Shown here: positions 46,387-59,302 of the stretch, in pieces
Layout of the letters: each line of letters begins with the position of its first letter
How positions within the stretch are numbered: the stretch's first letter is position 1
Assembly (NCBI GenBank): GCA_025594325.1
Contig: JANHCV010000004.1
Coordinates: forward strand, 1,054,001-1,118,000
Length of the DNA: 64,000 nucleotides
From: Blastocladiella emersonii ATCC 22665
Lineage: Eukaryota > Fungi > Blastocladiomycota
Direction of reading: 5' to 3'
Made by a program: the position numbers and the translations under genes
The notes under the pieces: model-generated
What the model saw: only the letters and a program-made list of their open reading frames with translations
Databases searched by the model: none
Told to the model about the DNA's origin: nothing

Positions 46387-46654
46387 TGCGAGAAGTGAAG
46401 GCGACAAGAGAGCCGATGAGGAGGCTTTGCTTAGAGGGAGAGAGCAAGACAACAGATACGGTGGCGCTCCGCACTGAAGACGCGATCGCCACGCCCACGT
46501 GCGGATGAACGTCGGCGCTTCTCCACCTCTCCTCTCCAATCGATATGCGAAAAACGGCTCTTTGTACTGAACGGATACACAGATAATGAATGAAAAAGTC
46601 GGTTTGATGCCAGTGATGGGGTAACAACCACCGGCACACTGCAACAACGCGAGT

Positions 46655-48812
46655 CTAGTTGAGGAACCCGCCAGTCCCGTTGGTCGTCCACGCAACACCA
46701 GCCGCCGCGCCCGTCGCCGCCGGGGGAGCAGCGGGACCGCCGCGCGGCGCCGACTGGGGCGGCAGGACCGCCGGCGGGCGGGGCGCGAGCGCGGGCAGCG
46801 TGCGCAGGGGCGCCGGAGCCGGGGCCATTTCCGGGCGCGAGACGGTAAACGACGAGGCCGTAAACCCGAACGGCGCGGGGCCGCCAAAAAACGACGACGA
46901 CGACGGGCCGAACCGGGCGGCAGCGGTGGCGGCCGTCGAAGTCGCAGGCGCGAGCGACGCGTACGACGACGTCTTCGGGATCACGCCCGTCGGGCGCGGC
47001 TGGATCGCGCGGTGCGCCGCAGCGGCAGCAGCGCCGGCGTGCTGGTACGGCTGGGCCGGGAGGAGGTGCGGCAGCGGCGTCGTGGGCGGGGTCGGCGTGG
47101 CCATGGCGGCCGCCGACATCGCGAACGCCGGCTGCTGGTGCGGCTGCTGGTACTGGGGAGCAGCAGCAGCGGGATAATACGCCGACGGGGCCGCGGTACA
47201 ATAAACCGACGACGACGAGGGGGCCCCGTCGGCCATGGTAATTGGTACTCGGTGCGGCGCAGGTACGATGCTCGCCGGCGACGGCGACGACGGGGCCGAC
47301 GCGTGCTGGTGCTGCGGCGGGGCAGCGCCGCCCGGGACGTGGCGGGTGCCGCACCCGGCGCAGGCGCACGGCGCGTCGCCCGAGGTGGGGACGGCAGAGT
47401 GGGCGGCCGGAGCGGGGAGGGCCGAGCCCATGGGCGGCGCGGGCGACGAGTTGGCCGAGACGGGAACGGCGGTCTGGTGGCCGACGGCGGGCGAGCCGGG
47501 GAGGGACACGGGGGCAGCCTGCTGCTGCTGCTGCTGCTGCTGGGCGACCGAGTGGCCAACGATGGGCGACGAGGCGGCCGAGGTGGGCGCCGGGGCAATC
47601 AGGGGCGAGCCCGGATCGGGCTTGGGCGCGACGGGGCTGCCCGAGACGGCAGCGTGGTGGGCGCGGCGCTGGGCGATGCCGACCTCGATGAGCTTCCAGT
47701 CGACGCCGCGCTCGACGAGCATCTCGCGCATGACGTTGCGCTCGACGAGGAGCTCCTCGGTCTGGGCGACGAGCTGGCGCACAAAGTCGACGGTCATGCG
47801 CAGCGTGTTGGCCTTGTTGAGGGCGGCACCCTGGTGGATCGAGTACGGTAGTAGCTCCGATAGGTCCGTGATGGACTGGTTGATCTGGTCTGTGGGGCGG
47901 GAAACGGCGCATCAGTGGTCCGATCACGACGCGACGCGCCACACGCCAGGAAACGTACCGCGGCGGCGGCGCTCGATGACGTTGTGGCTCGCGCGGCGGA
48001 GGCGCTGCTGCTCGCGCTCCTCTTCCTCGGTCGTGTGGCTCTGGCTGTGGTTGGGCGCGAGTCGCGGTGGTTAGTCACGGCCGCGTGTGCGAGTCATGAG
48101 GCGCGCGCGCGAACAACGAATGAAAAATCGGTCGCGTGCAAGGAAGGAGTCGAAGTCGCGGAGGTGGCCACATGGCCCCGTGGCGGCGGCGGCGACTGTT
48201 TTTAAGCCGGTGGCCAGTCGCCGCCGGCCATGCACGCTTGCGAGAGCGATACGACCCCAGCATGGCCGATTAAACGAGAGGACAAGGGGGAGTGGCGAGA
48301 AGGCGGGCGGCTGGCCGACGCCGCCGAGGACGACGACGACAGAACCGGGCGGAGGAAAGGAGTGCGGAGGCGAAGGAGCGGGAAGTTTTCCGATCACCGT
48401 CGAAGCAAACGTACTTGAGGATGTTGACGCCGCTGACGAGGTAGACCATCTTGCGCGGGCGGCCGCGCTTGCGCTTCGGGACAAGGTCCATGTCGTCGTC
48501 GTCGACGGGCGGCGGCGGCACGCCCATGGGCACGCCGGCGAGCGGGGCGCCGGTGGCCGCGGCAGCGGGGCTACCGCCAGGAGTACCGGTAGCCGCAGGA
48601 GCAACGGCCATCGGCTCGGTAGGGTGGGCCATCACCATCGAGCCCGAGCCCGAGTGCGTCGACGACACGGAGCTCGCACGGCTCGAAGCATGGTCGGCGG
48701 CGATCGCCGAGGCGTGCGCGGCAGCAGCGGCCTTCCACGCAGCCGCGTCGTTGGCGGCAGGGTGGCCTTGCGGCGAGGGATGGTGGTGATCGGCAGTGGC
48801 ACCGGCGGGCAT
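46655..48812 (-). CDS. bHLH transcription factor with an AT-hook-like motif, 2 introns
   Basis: KRKRGRPRK, then RRASHNVIERRRR|DQINQSITDLSELLP...NKANTLRMTVDFVRQL, then a Q/P/A-rich tail. Confidence 0.85.
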
Positions 48813-49545
48813 GGTGGCGAGGTCTAGGGCGTGTAGGGCGGGTGGCGCGGGCGGCGGCGGCGAGTGCGGCGAGTGTGCAGTGCGAGCAAGTTGCGAGCGT
48901 GGGCGAGGTGTCCACGGCAGCGGTCGTGAAGCAAGGTGAGGAGGATGGGTCGGAGAGAGAATGACGACGGCGACGGCGACGACCGACGTTGCATAACAAC
49001 GGTTCAAGCCTTTCGGCGACGATTGGCTGCTCCGGCAACTCGGCCTTCGGCCCGCCGCCCCGAAGAAAAATCCCCTCGTGACCTATTTATGTGAGCCCCG
49101 GAACCCTCGCGGCCGCCGACTTCCGCCCGCGACCTCCGACCACTGCCGCGATCCCTTCCAAGTCCAAATCCCTGACCTCGAGAATCCCTGCCATCGTCCA
49201 TCACGGCGGCCATCATTACAAGCACATGGCAGGTCCGTGCGGGCGGCCACCGGCCACCGTCAACGGCCATGGCCGCGGTCGCGGCCGCCGTGCCCATTTC
49301 GAGATCTCCTCATCCCGCGTGACTCTTTTTTTTTCTCTCTGGGATCACAGAACGTGTGAGTGCGCAGTCACACGGCGTCTCAACTCCCCATGACCTGCGG
49401 CGACCATGGTGGCTCGGCCGGCCATCAGCCTCAACGCGCTCCCCCGCGTTCTCCTCCTCGAATGCCGTCATCTCAGGCTGATGCGGGTCAGAATTCAAGC
49501 AACACGCTACCAATTCTGCCTCACGAACCGTGATCCCGATCCCGA

Positions 49546-51176
49546 CTACGCCTTGTTGCTGTTGGCCGTCGTCTTGGCCTTCTTGGCGGCGGGCGTGCCG
49601 GGCGCGCTGGAGGCAGCCGAGGCAGGGCGCTTCTTTGACGACACGGCGGCAGCGGGGTCTGTACCGGCCGGCTTGGTGGGATTCTTGGCACGCCACTTCT
49701 CCGCGTCCGACAGCAAGAGCTCCATGCTGACCGGAGCGGCGGAAGCTTTCTTGGCCTCGACGGCCGACTTGACCGACGCAGCAGCAGCGGCGGTGCGGGC
49801 GGCGACGCGGCGCGCCGTGGCCTCCGAGACGGGCTGCTTCGCGGCGGCGGACGTCTTGGGCTGCTTGACTGGCGCCTTGCTGGCAGCGGCAGCCGCAGGC
49901 TTGTTGCTGTTGGGCTTCGCCGCCGCAGCGGGCACGGCAGTCTTGGCCTTTGCGGGAGCGGGAGCCGAGGCGGGGACGCGGTCGGTTTTCTTGCCGTGGT
50001 TGTCGTACTCCTCGTCCTCGGGCACGGCGGCGGGGTCGAGGCCGGCCTGGACCATCTTGACGGCCATCTCGAACAGGTAGTCGTAGCACTCGGCCATGGA
50101 CTTGGCCTGTTCCCACGACTCGCCCCACACGTACACGCCGTGGCGGCGCACTAGCACCGCGTTGGTGTCGGGGAAGTCCTTGAGCGCCTAGCGTCGCGAG
50201 AACAAGTCAGTACATCGGGATCATGCAACCGCTCGATCCGCCAACCGCGTACCTTCTCCATGCGCTCCTGCAGATCCTCCTCCTCGGGCGTATTCTCGAT
50301 GATCGGGACGACGAGCCGCTGGTAGTACTTCATCGAGCCCTTGGAGCTGCCGATGCGGATCCCCTTGATCATCTCCTGGTGGGTGATCTCGAACCGGTCG
50401 CCGCGCGTGAGCAGCGTGGCCATGACGGCCGCCTGCGAGTGCGTGTGGATGCACGCGCCCGCGTCGCGCAGGTCGTACGCCGTGTAGAAGAGCGGCGTGC
50501 ACGCCGACTGCTTGAGGGCGACGCCGCGCGGCGACGTCGGGTGCAGGACGATCTCGCGCGTCGACCGGTCCAGGACGAACATGTCCTCGGGAACGAGACG
50601 CTCCTTCTGCACGCCGCTCGGCGCAATGTACACGTGGTCGCCCGTCCGGATCGACATGCCGCCGCCTACGTGTATGCACATCGGGGATCAGTGGCTGAGT
50701 CGCGGGTGCAGCGAGGCGGAGAACGTACCGGTGCCAGAGACCCAGCCGAGGCCGTAGAACTGCTTGCACAGCTCCGAGATGAGGTGCGCGGGCTCGCCGT
50801 GCTTCTCGATGGTGGCGGGAGTAGCGGCAGGCTCGGTCTCGTCGGAGGGAGTGCTGCAGCCGCAGTTCTCGTGCTCCTCCTCGTCGGCAGCCGGCGATGG
50901 AGACGAGGCCGGGGCGGGCTTCGGGGACGCGGGCGAGGCCTTCACCGCCGGCGAGGCCTTGACGGCCGGGGACGCCTTAACGGCGGGCGACGCCTTGACG
51001 GCAGGAGATGCCTTGACGGCGGGCGACGCCTTGACCGAGGGCGAGGCAGGCACCGACTCGACGGCCGCCGGCGCAGCCGCCTCGGGGATCGAGGGCGTGG
51101 CTGGAGTCGACTTGGGCTTCGGGGACGCCGCGGCGCCGTTGCCCGTGTTGCTGACCTTGGACTTGCGTCTCCCCAT
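49546..51176 (-). CDS. MDE1: Methylthioribulose-1-phosphate dehydratase (Mde1/APIP) with long basic terminal extensions, 2 introns
   Basis: [20 protein letters not shown]|[71 protein letters not shown]. Confidence 0.95.
50933..51046 (-). repeat. 18-bp coding tandem repeat encoding (VKASPA)x5
   Basis: Translation [36 protein letters not shown], with synonymous third-position variation between units. Confidence 0.9.
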
Positions 51177-51423
51177 GGTGTTGATTCGTAGTATGCGCGG
51201 TGGCAGCATAGGAGAGAGAGCGACGAACGAGGACGAAGCCGGATCTGATCACGATCGACCTTGTGGCGCAGGCTGGCCACGTGAAGTATCCGTGCTATAG
51301 AGATGAGAAGCGGATGGCCACAAATGAGTCGTGTATAGGGTGCGAATGAATGGTGTTGGTGACATGGTTGCAATGTGCATAGTAGAGAGTGAGGGGAGGA
51401 AAAGACCGCGTCGACCAAGCCGA

Positions 51424-52935
51424 CTACGCCTTGGACCACATCCGGTCCCAGCGCATGTGGATCGACGGCTTCCGGTCCAGCGTGCCGCCGCCGGCCCCGG
51501 CCTCCATGGCGCTCGGCGTGCCTGTCGCCGCGGCAGCGCAACGGCCGTCGTCCCACGCCTCCTCGGGGATCGACTGCAGCGTGCGGTCCATGGACAGCAT
51601 CGGGACGCTTCCGCGCGACGTGGCCGCGGATCCGCTGCTAAGCCGCGCGTCACCCCCACCGCTGCCGTCGCCCGCCGACGTGCCGTCCTCCATGGGCCAC
51701 GGCGAGTAGAACGACGACATGGTCGACCGCGACGCGTCGCTGCCCACGCGCGTGTTCGCGGGCGCGGCCGTTCCGGCCCCGGCAGCCTGCCGCCACAGCT
51801 GCGTCGAGCGGCGCGCGAGGTTGGGCGCGGCTGCCGTCAGGACTGCGCCGAGGAACGCGAGACTCGAGCGCGACGACCCGCGGGTGTCGCCGGCCGCGGT
51901 TGCCGCGGGACGCGACATGCCGGCGGGGGCGGGGCCCAGCGGCACGTCGACCATGGTGTGCGAGTGCGGGAGGTACAGCCGCTCGGTCGCGAGCGACGGC
52001 GAGCCCACGGGCGAGCAGGAGTGGTGCGTTGAGCTCGCGAGACTCGCGGTGCCCAGTCGGCCAGCGGCGAGGACGGGCGCAGGCGGCGTGACGCGGTCCA
52101 TGGACGCCGCCGAGGCGGAGGCGGGCGGGACGACGGCGATGGTCGTGGCCGTCGGCTGGAACACGCGGTGCTGCGGCGCGCTGCCACCGGGAGGCGGCCG
52201 GTGCACGGTGCGCAGCGACTCGGGCAGCATCCACGTCGTGTGTCGGCGGCGCTTCTTGCTGCGGCGGATGTACAGGGTCATAGCGAGGACGGCCACGAAC
52301 GCGAGGCCGGCGAGCGCGATCGAGAGGAGCGTGGTGGGCGACGACAGGGCGGAGTGGGAGGAAGATGCGGTGCTGGAATCGGGCAGGGTGCCGCTGCTAC
52401 CACTGCCGCCGTTCGTGGTGGCGGGCGCGCGGATCGACGCGGTCATGTCGACGGGGATCGGGGTTGGTGCGGCGGCGGCGATGATGGCCGTGCTGGCCGA
52501 CGCGGGCGAAGCGATGCCCGGGCTCGCCGTATCCGCGGCGGAGACTACGGTAGACGTAGGCGTAACGCTCGAGGCGGCATCCGTCGTGGTGGTGGCCGAC
52601 GCGGAGGTGGCTGTCGTCGTGGTGGTGGAAGAATCGGTGCTCGTCGGCGTCGGGAGCGTCGGCGACGAGAACGCAGAGGTCGTGGCGGATGCTGCCGCCG
52701 GGTCGACCGAGGCCATGGTGATCGTCTCGGTCGCGGATACAGACGGCGTGGCGTTGGACGAAAGGGATGGATCTGTCGTGGTTTCGGAAGCGGCCGAGGT
52801 CGTAGTTGAGGTTAGTGAAGTCGAGGAGGAGAGCGAGTCCGTTGCAGTAGCAGTCGTTGAGGTCGGCGTCGGCGGGGAGGCAGGCGTTTCGGCCGACGTT
52901 ACCGCGGACGCGGACGCGGATGACGATAGATCCAT
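51424..52935 (-). CDS. Single-pass membrane protein with S/T-rich ectodomain (Mid2/Wsc-like architecture)
   Basis: About 200 aa S/T/A-rich region, TM LLSIALAGLAFVAVLAMTLYI followed by RRSKKRRR, then a low-complexity cytosolic tail. No N-terminal signal peptide seen. Confidence 0.75.
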   Translation of the reverse strand: MDLSSSASASAVTSAETPASPPTPTSTTATATDSLSSSTSLTSTTTSAASETTTDPSLSSNATPSVSATETITMASVDPAAASATTSAFSSPTLPTPTSTDSSTTTTTATSASATTTTDAASSVTPTSTVVSAADTASPGIASPASASTAIIAAAAPTPIPVDMTASIRAPATTNGGSGSSGTLPDSSTASSSHSALSSPTTLLSIALAGLAFVAVLAMTLYIRRSKKRRRHTTWMLPESLRTVHRPPPGGSAPQHRVFQPTATTIAVVPPASASAASMDRVTPPAPVLAAGRLGTASLASSTHHSCSPVGSPSLATERLYLPHSHTMVDVPLGPAPAGMSRPAATAAGDTRGSSRSSLAFLGAVLTAAAPNLARRSTQLWRQAAGAGTAAPANTRVGSDASRSTMSSFYSPWPMEDGTSAGDGSGGGDARLSSGSAATSRGSVPMLSMDRTLQSIPEEAWDDGRCAAAATGTPSAMEAGAGGGTLDRKPSIHMRWDRMWSKA

Positions 52936-53517
52936 GGTGGCCGGGCGTGTATCGCCGTCTATCGAGCGAGGGACACGAGAAGATGCATACGAGAGGTCGA
53001 GTAGGACACAAGAGACGCGAGCGCTGGGCGACTCTCGATTGCGCCAAGCTGCGTGCGTTGTCTAACGGAGATGCGAGTGTCCAAGTCGAGACGCTGTAGG
53101 AGACGCGCGCGGGCGGAGGACCGTCGCCAAGGAGCGCGCGGTGCGCTGCGGACGCGAATCAACAAGCAAGGGGAGGGTGTTACGAAACAAGTAGGTGAGA
53201 CGGAGAGACGCGTCGCGCCGCTCAGAATCGAGACGCGTCGCGCCTCACGTGGGCGGCTCGGCTGCGAGACATGCTCCTCGCTTTCGCTCAGGCTTTCGCT
53301 TCGCCTCGCTCAGGATCGGTGACTTTGGCGGTGTGCGATGAACAAGAGGGAATCGATTTTTGTTATAGACAGGGAGGGGAGCGAGCAAGTGTGACGTGCA
53401 CGCATCATCACTATATTACATGCACGGTTGATCGGGCGAGGGACGACGGGGCGGGACCAGGGGCACGGGCGAGCCGAGACGAGCACCCACCACGCCGACC
53501 TCGTGTGGTTGATGAGC

Positions 53518-54021
53518 TTAGTGGAAGCGGGCCTGGCACGCCTTGAGCATGTCAAAGTAGTAGTTGCACGTGGTGGGCTCCGAGGGGTTGGCCTCCATGC
53601 ACTTCATGTACGCCTTGAGGTCGGCCTCGCACGCGCCGCCGGCCTGGGTCGCGGGCGCGTCGCCGTAGTACGTGGGCGCGGGCGGCGCCTGCTGCTGGGG
53701 CTGCGACGACGAGCCGCCGCCGAACATGCTGGTCAGGCCGGCGCCGATCGTGTGGCCGACCGCCGAACCGACGGCAACGCCGGCCGCGGTCGTCGCCATC
53801 TGGGCGAACAGGCCGGGCTGGGCGGGCGCGGCGGCAGCGGGCGCGGGCATCGGGGCAGCGGGCGCGGCGGCCGTCGGCGTGTGCGTGTGGTGCATGGCCG
53901 GGGCGGCAGCGGCGGGCGCAGCGACCGTCGAGGCGGGGCGCGCGGGCGCGGCCATGGTCGAGGCCGGGCGGGCGGGGGCGGCGGTGCGCGCGGGCGCGGC
54001 AACACGGGACTTGCGGGCCAT
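53518..54021 (-). CDS. MIX17: CHCHD2/Mix17 twin CX9C mitochondrial protein
   Basis: QPGLFAQMATTAAGVAVGSAVGHTIG, then C-X9-C...C-X9-C. Confidence 0.95.
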   Translation of the reverse strand: MARKSRVAAPARTAAPARPASTMAAPARPASTVAAPAAAAPAMHHTHTPTAAAPAAPMPAPAAAAPAQPGLFAQMATTAAGVAVGSAVGHTIGAGLTSMFGGGSSSQPQQQAPPAPTYYGDAPATQAGGACEADLKAYMKCMEANPSEPTTCNYYFDMLKACQARFH

Positions 54022-54567
54022 TGTAGAGGATGAGGGGAGTCGTTTCTACACGCGGGCGAGGCACAGAGGGGTCAGCGATGCTGCCGTCGGTCGACGCGTA
54101 CGTCGAGTGCGCACGCTCGCGCCTCCGCTCGGCCGCCGCGGTGTGCGGAACCCGCGGATGGGGCGGCCGGCGGGGTTGCGGCAAGTCGCAGCTCGAGTTG
54201 GGCCGGCAAGAGTACATACAAGTGGGTTGGTGAGGGACCGAGTGAAAGGGCAGGGGCGCTGGTTCTTAAGTCTCGCAGGGGCGCGCTCCGTCGGACGTGC
54301 GGCCGTGTTGATCGAGGCAGCCCGCGCGAGTCAGCAAGGACGCTCAGCGAAGCCTGCCACGTCCATCACACGGTGGCATCACTCCCGCTCCGCCCGCTCC
54401 CGAGCTCGCCGACCTTTCAGCAGATGCACTGCTCGCCCTGAGTCCTCCACACACGCATCGACACCACGTAATCGAGCCGCGCTACTCGCTGCACTCGCGC
54501 CCGCACCCACGAAACATACACCCCTCCTACTCGAGCAACGCGGAAATTTCCAACCACGATCCCCACC

Positions 54568-55920
54568 ATGCCCTCGCCACCGAAACCCTGGGAGACGGCC
54601 GCTGGCACCGCTGCTGCCACCTCGGCCGCCGCCGCTCCCGCTGCTGCGATTGCACCCGCGGCGACCGGATCCGCGCCGCCCGCGCTCCCCGCCCGCCCCA
54701 CGACGCTCGCCGGCGCGGCAGCTTCGCCCTACGGCGCGACGGCCGCTGCCGGTGGTGTCGGAGCCTACGGCGCATCGCCGTACGGGGCGTCTGCCTACGG
54801 GACCACGGGCTACGGCGCGACGGGGTACGGCGCCACGACGGGCTACGGCGCGACCGGCTATGGCTCCAGCTACGGCACGACGGGCTACGGCGGCATGGGG
54901 ACGTACGGCTCGTCGTACAACCGGTTCGGCTCGAGCTACGGCGGCTACGGCAGCGGCTACGGCACGGGCTACGGCGGCGGGTACGGCGGGTACGGCGCGG
55001 GCGCGTACGGCGGCGGCATGTACGGCGGCGGGATGCGCCCGGGGATGGGGATGGGTCCCGGCGGGCCCAACGCGCTGCAGTCGTCGACGCAGGCCGCGTT
55101 CGACCTGCTCAACTCGTTTGTGCAGTCGTTTGGCTCGTTTGCCGGCCTGCTCGACTCGACGCTCGGCGCCACGTTCCAGTCGTTCCACGCCATGATGGCC
55201 GTCGCCGAGCATTTCGGCAGCATGAAGGCCACGGTCGGCCAGGTGTTCAGCATCATGTGGCTCGTCCGCAAGCTGCGCGCGTGGGTCGTGCGCGCCGTCA
55301 CGGGCAAGTCGGACCTCGCCGACGAGTTCCGCGAGCAGCACTCCGGCGCGGGTGCGCGCGCGGGGCCGGACGGCTTCCCCGGCGCGTTCCCCGGCGACGG
55401 CGGCGCCGTGGCGCGCCCGCCCATCAAGAAGAAGCCCATCGTCATTTTCCTCGCGCTCGTGTTCGGGCTGCCGTACCTGCTCAACAAGCTCATCAAGCTG
55501 CTCAGCCAGCAGCAGGAGGCGCAGCAGGCGGCGCAGCAGCAGCAGCAGCAGCAGCGGTCCATCAAGTTCGACCCGAACAACATTGAGCTCGTGCGCGCCA
55601 TGTACGATTTCAACGGGTCGAACCCGGCCGAGCTGTCGTTTAAGCGCGGCGACATCATCGCCATCCTCGAGAAGCCTGTCGAGCCCTCGGGCGAGGTCGG
55701 CATGTGGTGGCGCGGCAAGCTCGAGCGCGGGCCCGACGGCTTTTTCCCGTCCAACTACGTCAAGATCATCCGCAAGCCCAGTCCCGCGGCGCCGGCTGCT
55801 CCGACCAGCTTCGACGGCTTCGCCGCCGCCGCAGACCAGCCGGCCGCCGCATCCTCGGACCCGCTCGGCGCGCTGCAGTCGCACTGGGGCGGCGAGCAGG
55901 CCAAGGTCGGCAGCAGCTGA
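54568..55920 (+). CDS. PEX13: Peroxin 13, intronless
   Basis: MPSPPKPWE, YG-rich region, STQAAFDLLNSFVQSFGSFAGLLDST...SFHAMMAVAEHF, TM segment and C-terminal SH3 (RAMYDF...ELSFKRGD..WWRG..GFFPSNYV). Confidence 0.96.
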   Translation: MPSPPKPWETAAGTAAATSAAAAPAAAIAPAATGSAPPALPARPTTLAGAAASPYGATAAAGGVGAYGASPYGASAYGTTGYGATGYGATTGYGATGYGSSYGTTGYGGMGTYGSSYNRFGSSYGGYGSGYGTGYGGGYGGYGAGAYGGGMYGGGMRPGMGMGPGGPNALQSSTQAAFDLLNSFVQSFGSFAGLLDSTLGATFQSFHAMMAVAEHFGSMKATVGQVFSIMWLVRKLRAWVVRAVTGKSDLADEFREQHSGAGARAGPDGFPGAFPGDGGAVARPPIKKKPIVIFLALVFGLPYLLNKLIKLLSQQQEAQQAAQQQQQQQRSIKFDPNNIELVRAMYDFNGSNPAELSFKRGDIIAILEKPVEPSGEVGMWWRGKLERGPDGFFPSNYVKIIRKPSPAAPAAPTSFDGFAAAADQPAAASSDPLGALQSHWGGEQAKVGSS

Positions 55921-56348
55921 ATCGGCATCGTCACGGAGCGCGTGCGGACTCCACTACCCTACCCACCCATTTGTATATACACAATAAACGGCCCCTCCTT
56001 TGCCGCATCGACCGGGCGACGGCCATCGCCGACGGCGGACGCGTTTTGCGAGTGGCGCAGCGGACCACTTTGCATCGGCAGTGACGGAACCGGCCGGAAC
56101 GGGCGTGACATGACGCGCACGTGCGAGATCCATTCCCGGCCCGATCGGGCGCCGGCGTTCAACATCGCCGCCGCGGCCGTCTCCCCCCCTGCCCGCGGCC
56201 CCCGCCGATATCAAGCGTGCCCTCCCCCGCCCGCCCCTCCATCGTGGCGTCCGTGACTCTTGAATCCGTTCGCGACTCTGTGCAACCTGCACCTCCTGTA
56301 CAGCACACCCCACACACCCTACTCGCAACGCATCAACACCCGTCCAAA

Positions 56349-57224
56349 ATGAGCCTCGCTGCCACCGCCCTGCGCTCGCTGCGCACCGCTACCGCCACCG
56401 CGTCGACGCCGGCCCTCCGCCGCGCCGGCATGGCGACCGCCGTCGAGACGGCGACCAAGGCTGCCGCGGTGGCGCCCGCGCCCGCCAAGGCGCCGCTCAT
56501 GAAGAAGTTTGAGATCTACCGGTGGGACCCGGCGCAGCCGACCGAGAAGCCCAAGCTGCAGACGTACGAGATCGACATCAACTCGTGCGGGCCCATGGTG
56601 CTCGACGCGCTGATCAAGATCAAGAACGAGGTGGACCCGACGCTCACGTTCCGCCGGTCGTGCCGCGAGGGCATCTGCGGGTCGTGCGCCATGAACATTG
56701 CCGGCGGCAACACGCTGGCGTGCATTGCCAAGATCCCGCGCAGCAACGACAGCCTCAAGGTGTACCCGCTGCCGCACATGTACGTGATCAAGGACCTGGT
56801 GCCCGACCTCAGCCACTTCTACACCCAGTACAAGTCGATCCAGCCGTTCCTGCAGCAGAAGCCCGGCCAGGCCCTCAAGGCCGCGGGTCCGAACGGCGAG
56901 GTGCTCGAGAACCTGCAGACCATCGAGGACCGCCAGAAGCTCGACGGCCTGTACGAGTGCATCCTGTGCGCGTGCTGCTCGACGTCGTGCCCGTCGTACT
57001 GGTGGAACTCGGACGTGTACCTCGGCCCCGCCGTACTCATGCAGGCCTACCGCTGGATCATCGACTCGCGCGACCACCACCGCGCCGAGCGCCTCGCCGC
57101 CCTCGAGGGCCCCTTCTCCGTCTTCCGCTGCCACACCATCATGAACTGCGCCCGCACCTGCCCCAAGGGCCTCAACCCCGGCCGCGCCATTGCCGAGATC
57201 AAGAAGATGATGGCCGCAAACTAA
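56349..57224 (+). CDS. SDH2: Succinate dehydrogenase iron-sulfur subunit, intronless
   Basis: [63 protein letters not shown]. Confidence 0.98.
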   Translation: MSLAATALRSLRTATATASTPALRRAGMATAVETATKAAAVAPAPAKAPLMKKFEIYRWDPAQPTEKPKLQTYEIDINSCGPMVLDALIKIKNEVDPTLTFRRSCREGICGSCAMNIAGGNTLACIAKIPRSNDSLKVYPLPHMYVIKDLVPDLSHFYTQYKSIQPFLQQKPGQALKAAGPNGEVLENLQTIEDRQKLDGLYECILCACCSTSCPSYWWNSDVYLGPAVLMQAYRWIIDSRDHHRAERLAALEGPFSVFRCHTIMNCARTCPKGLNPGRAIAEIKKMMAAN

Positions 57225-57744
57225 GACGGTTAGTCGGTCCTTGCCTCGTTGGGGTCTCGGCCGCCTCGGCGCCCGGCCTGGCCCGGCCTCGTAGTTTGTT
57301 CTCGTTTCTCGTTTTCCTTCCAGTACCCCTCCCACCATCCAAATAAACGACCATCGCCACTGACCTTGTCGGCCGCGTCCCCCGCTCAGTGAGTCTCGTC
57401 AGTTGTCGCCCGATGGCCTGCGTCTCAGGTCCTCTGCTGCGTCGATGGCGACTTGCTGAGCGGGCCGCGTGGTCGGCGAGGGCCTTGGCCGTGGTCGTCT
57501 CTCCCCTCCCCCTCCCCCCTCATCAAAGTGGAAGCGTGTCCGCCATCATCGGGAAAGAAAAATACAACCTGTCAATCCGTCCTTGGCGTAAGCTTCGCGT
57601 CCCGTTTGAGGTGCGGCTGCCTGCTGCTGTGGCGCAACCGAGCCGGCCCCCTCCTGCCGACCCTGCCCGCGACCCTCTCCCCTCTCCCTGTCTGACCCGT
57701 TGTTTATGTGACGACCGGCGACGGATCGACGCCCACTTGTTGCA

Positions 57745-58994
57745 ATGCTACGCTCTACCATGAATCCGCTGCTGCGCGCCGCCGCCGCCGCGGGCCGCCG
57801 CACCCTCGCCACGGCCCAGGTGTTTGCCTCGCGCCCGACGTCTGCGCCGGTACCTTGTCGTCGGATGGCTGGCCCGATCACAATGGAAGGTGTGCTGATG
57901 CGAGGTCTTCTTTAGCTCGTGGACGGGTTCCCCGGCGCTGTGGGTAACACGCCTCTGGTACGGAGCACACGATGCGAGGCACGATCGCGCACCGCCCCTA
58001 ACGCCGCGAGCATCAACAGATCCGGCTCAAGTCCTTCTCCAAGTCGACCGGGTGCGAGATCCTGGTCAAGGCCGAGTTCATGAACCCGGGCGGGTCCGTC
58101 AAGGACCGTGCGGCGCTCTGGGTCGTGCAGGACGCCGAGAACCGCGGTCTGCTCTCGCCCGGCGGCACCGTGGTCGAGGGCACCGCGGGCAACACGGGGA
58201 TCGGGCTCGCGCACGTGTGCCGCGCGCGCGGGTACAAGTGCGTCATCTACATGCCCAACAACCAGTCGCAGGAGAAGATCGACACACTGCGGATGCTGGG
58301 CGCCGAGGTACACACGGTCCCCGTGAAGCCCTTCACGGACCCGGACAACTACAACCACCAGGCGCGCCGCCACGCCGAGTCGCTGTCGAACGCCGTGTGG
58401 ACCAACCAGTTCGACAACCTCGCCAACACCCAGGCGCACGTCGAGTCGACGGGGCCCGAGCTCCTCGCGCAGCTCGCGGGCCGCCCGCTCGACGCCTTCA
58501 CATGCGGCACCGGCACCGGTGGCACCCTCGCGGGCGTCGCCCTGTACCTCAAGGAACACTCGCCCGGCACCCGCGTCGTGCTCGCCGACCCGCCCGGGTC
58601 CGTCCTGTACCGGTACCTGCGCGACGGAGTCCTCGAGCGCCAGGGCGACGGGAGTATCACCGAGGGCATCGGCCAGGGCCGCGTCACGGCGAACCTGCAG
58701 TCGGCGCTCGACGCCCGCGCCGTCCACGACGCCGTCCACTGCCCCGACCCCGAAACCGTCACCACCGTGTTCCGCCTCCTCCACGACGAGGGGATCCCCG
58801 TCGGCGCGAGTTCCGCGATGAACGTCGCGGCCGCCGTCCAGGTCGCCACCCGGCTCGGGCCCGGGCACACGGTCGCTACGATCCTGTGCGACGGCGCCCA
58901 GCGGTACGCGAGCCGACTCTTCAACCGCGCGTGGCTCGAGAGCAAGGGCCTCCTAACGGCGGTCCCCGAGGACTGCATGCACTACATCAAGTAA
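57745..58994 (+). CDS. Cysteine synthase (O-acetylserine sulfhydrylase family, PLP) with presumed mitochondrial presequence, 2 introns
   Basis: VGNTPL|IRL...[53 protein letters not shown]. Confidence 0.93.
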
Positions 58995-59302
58995 GACGGG
59001 CGACGGGATGACGTAGACGCAACGAAACGAGAAACTACTACTGCTGAATAGGAAACGAATACGTTTGATACCGAGCCTCGCGAAGTGGTGTGGCTCAGCA
59101 CCTGCATGACGCCACGCTGCACGCACGCTTGCGTGTTCGACGCATCGCGCGGCTGCGCCTCATGCCTGCGCCACACGCAACCGTGCGCGCAACTTTCGCA
59201 ACGGCTCGCTCGCATCGCGACCATGAGAACACCGTGGAGCTATAAAGACGGCCGAGTTCCCCTTTCTTGACAACCCAACACCCACTCAGCCAGCCACCAA
59301 CC

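Noticed and set aside
51400-51412. AAAAGACCGCGTC, a 13-nt match to the hairpin loop
   Set aside because: No flanking stem; it lies in a 3' UTR and is probably chance.
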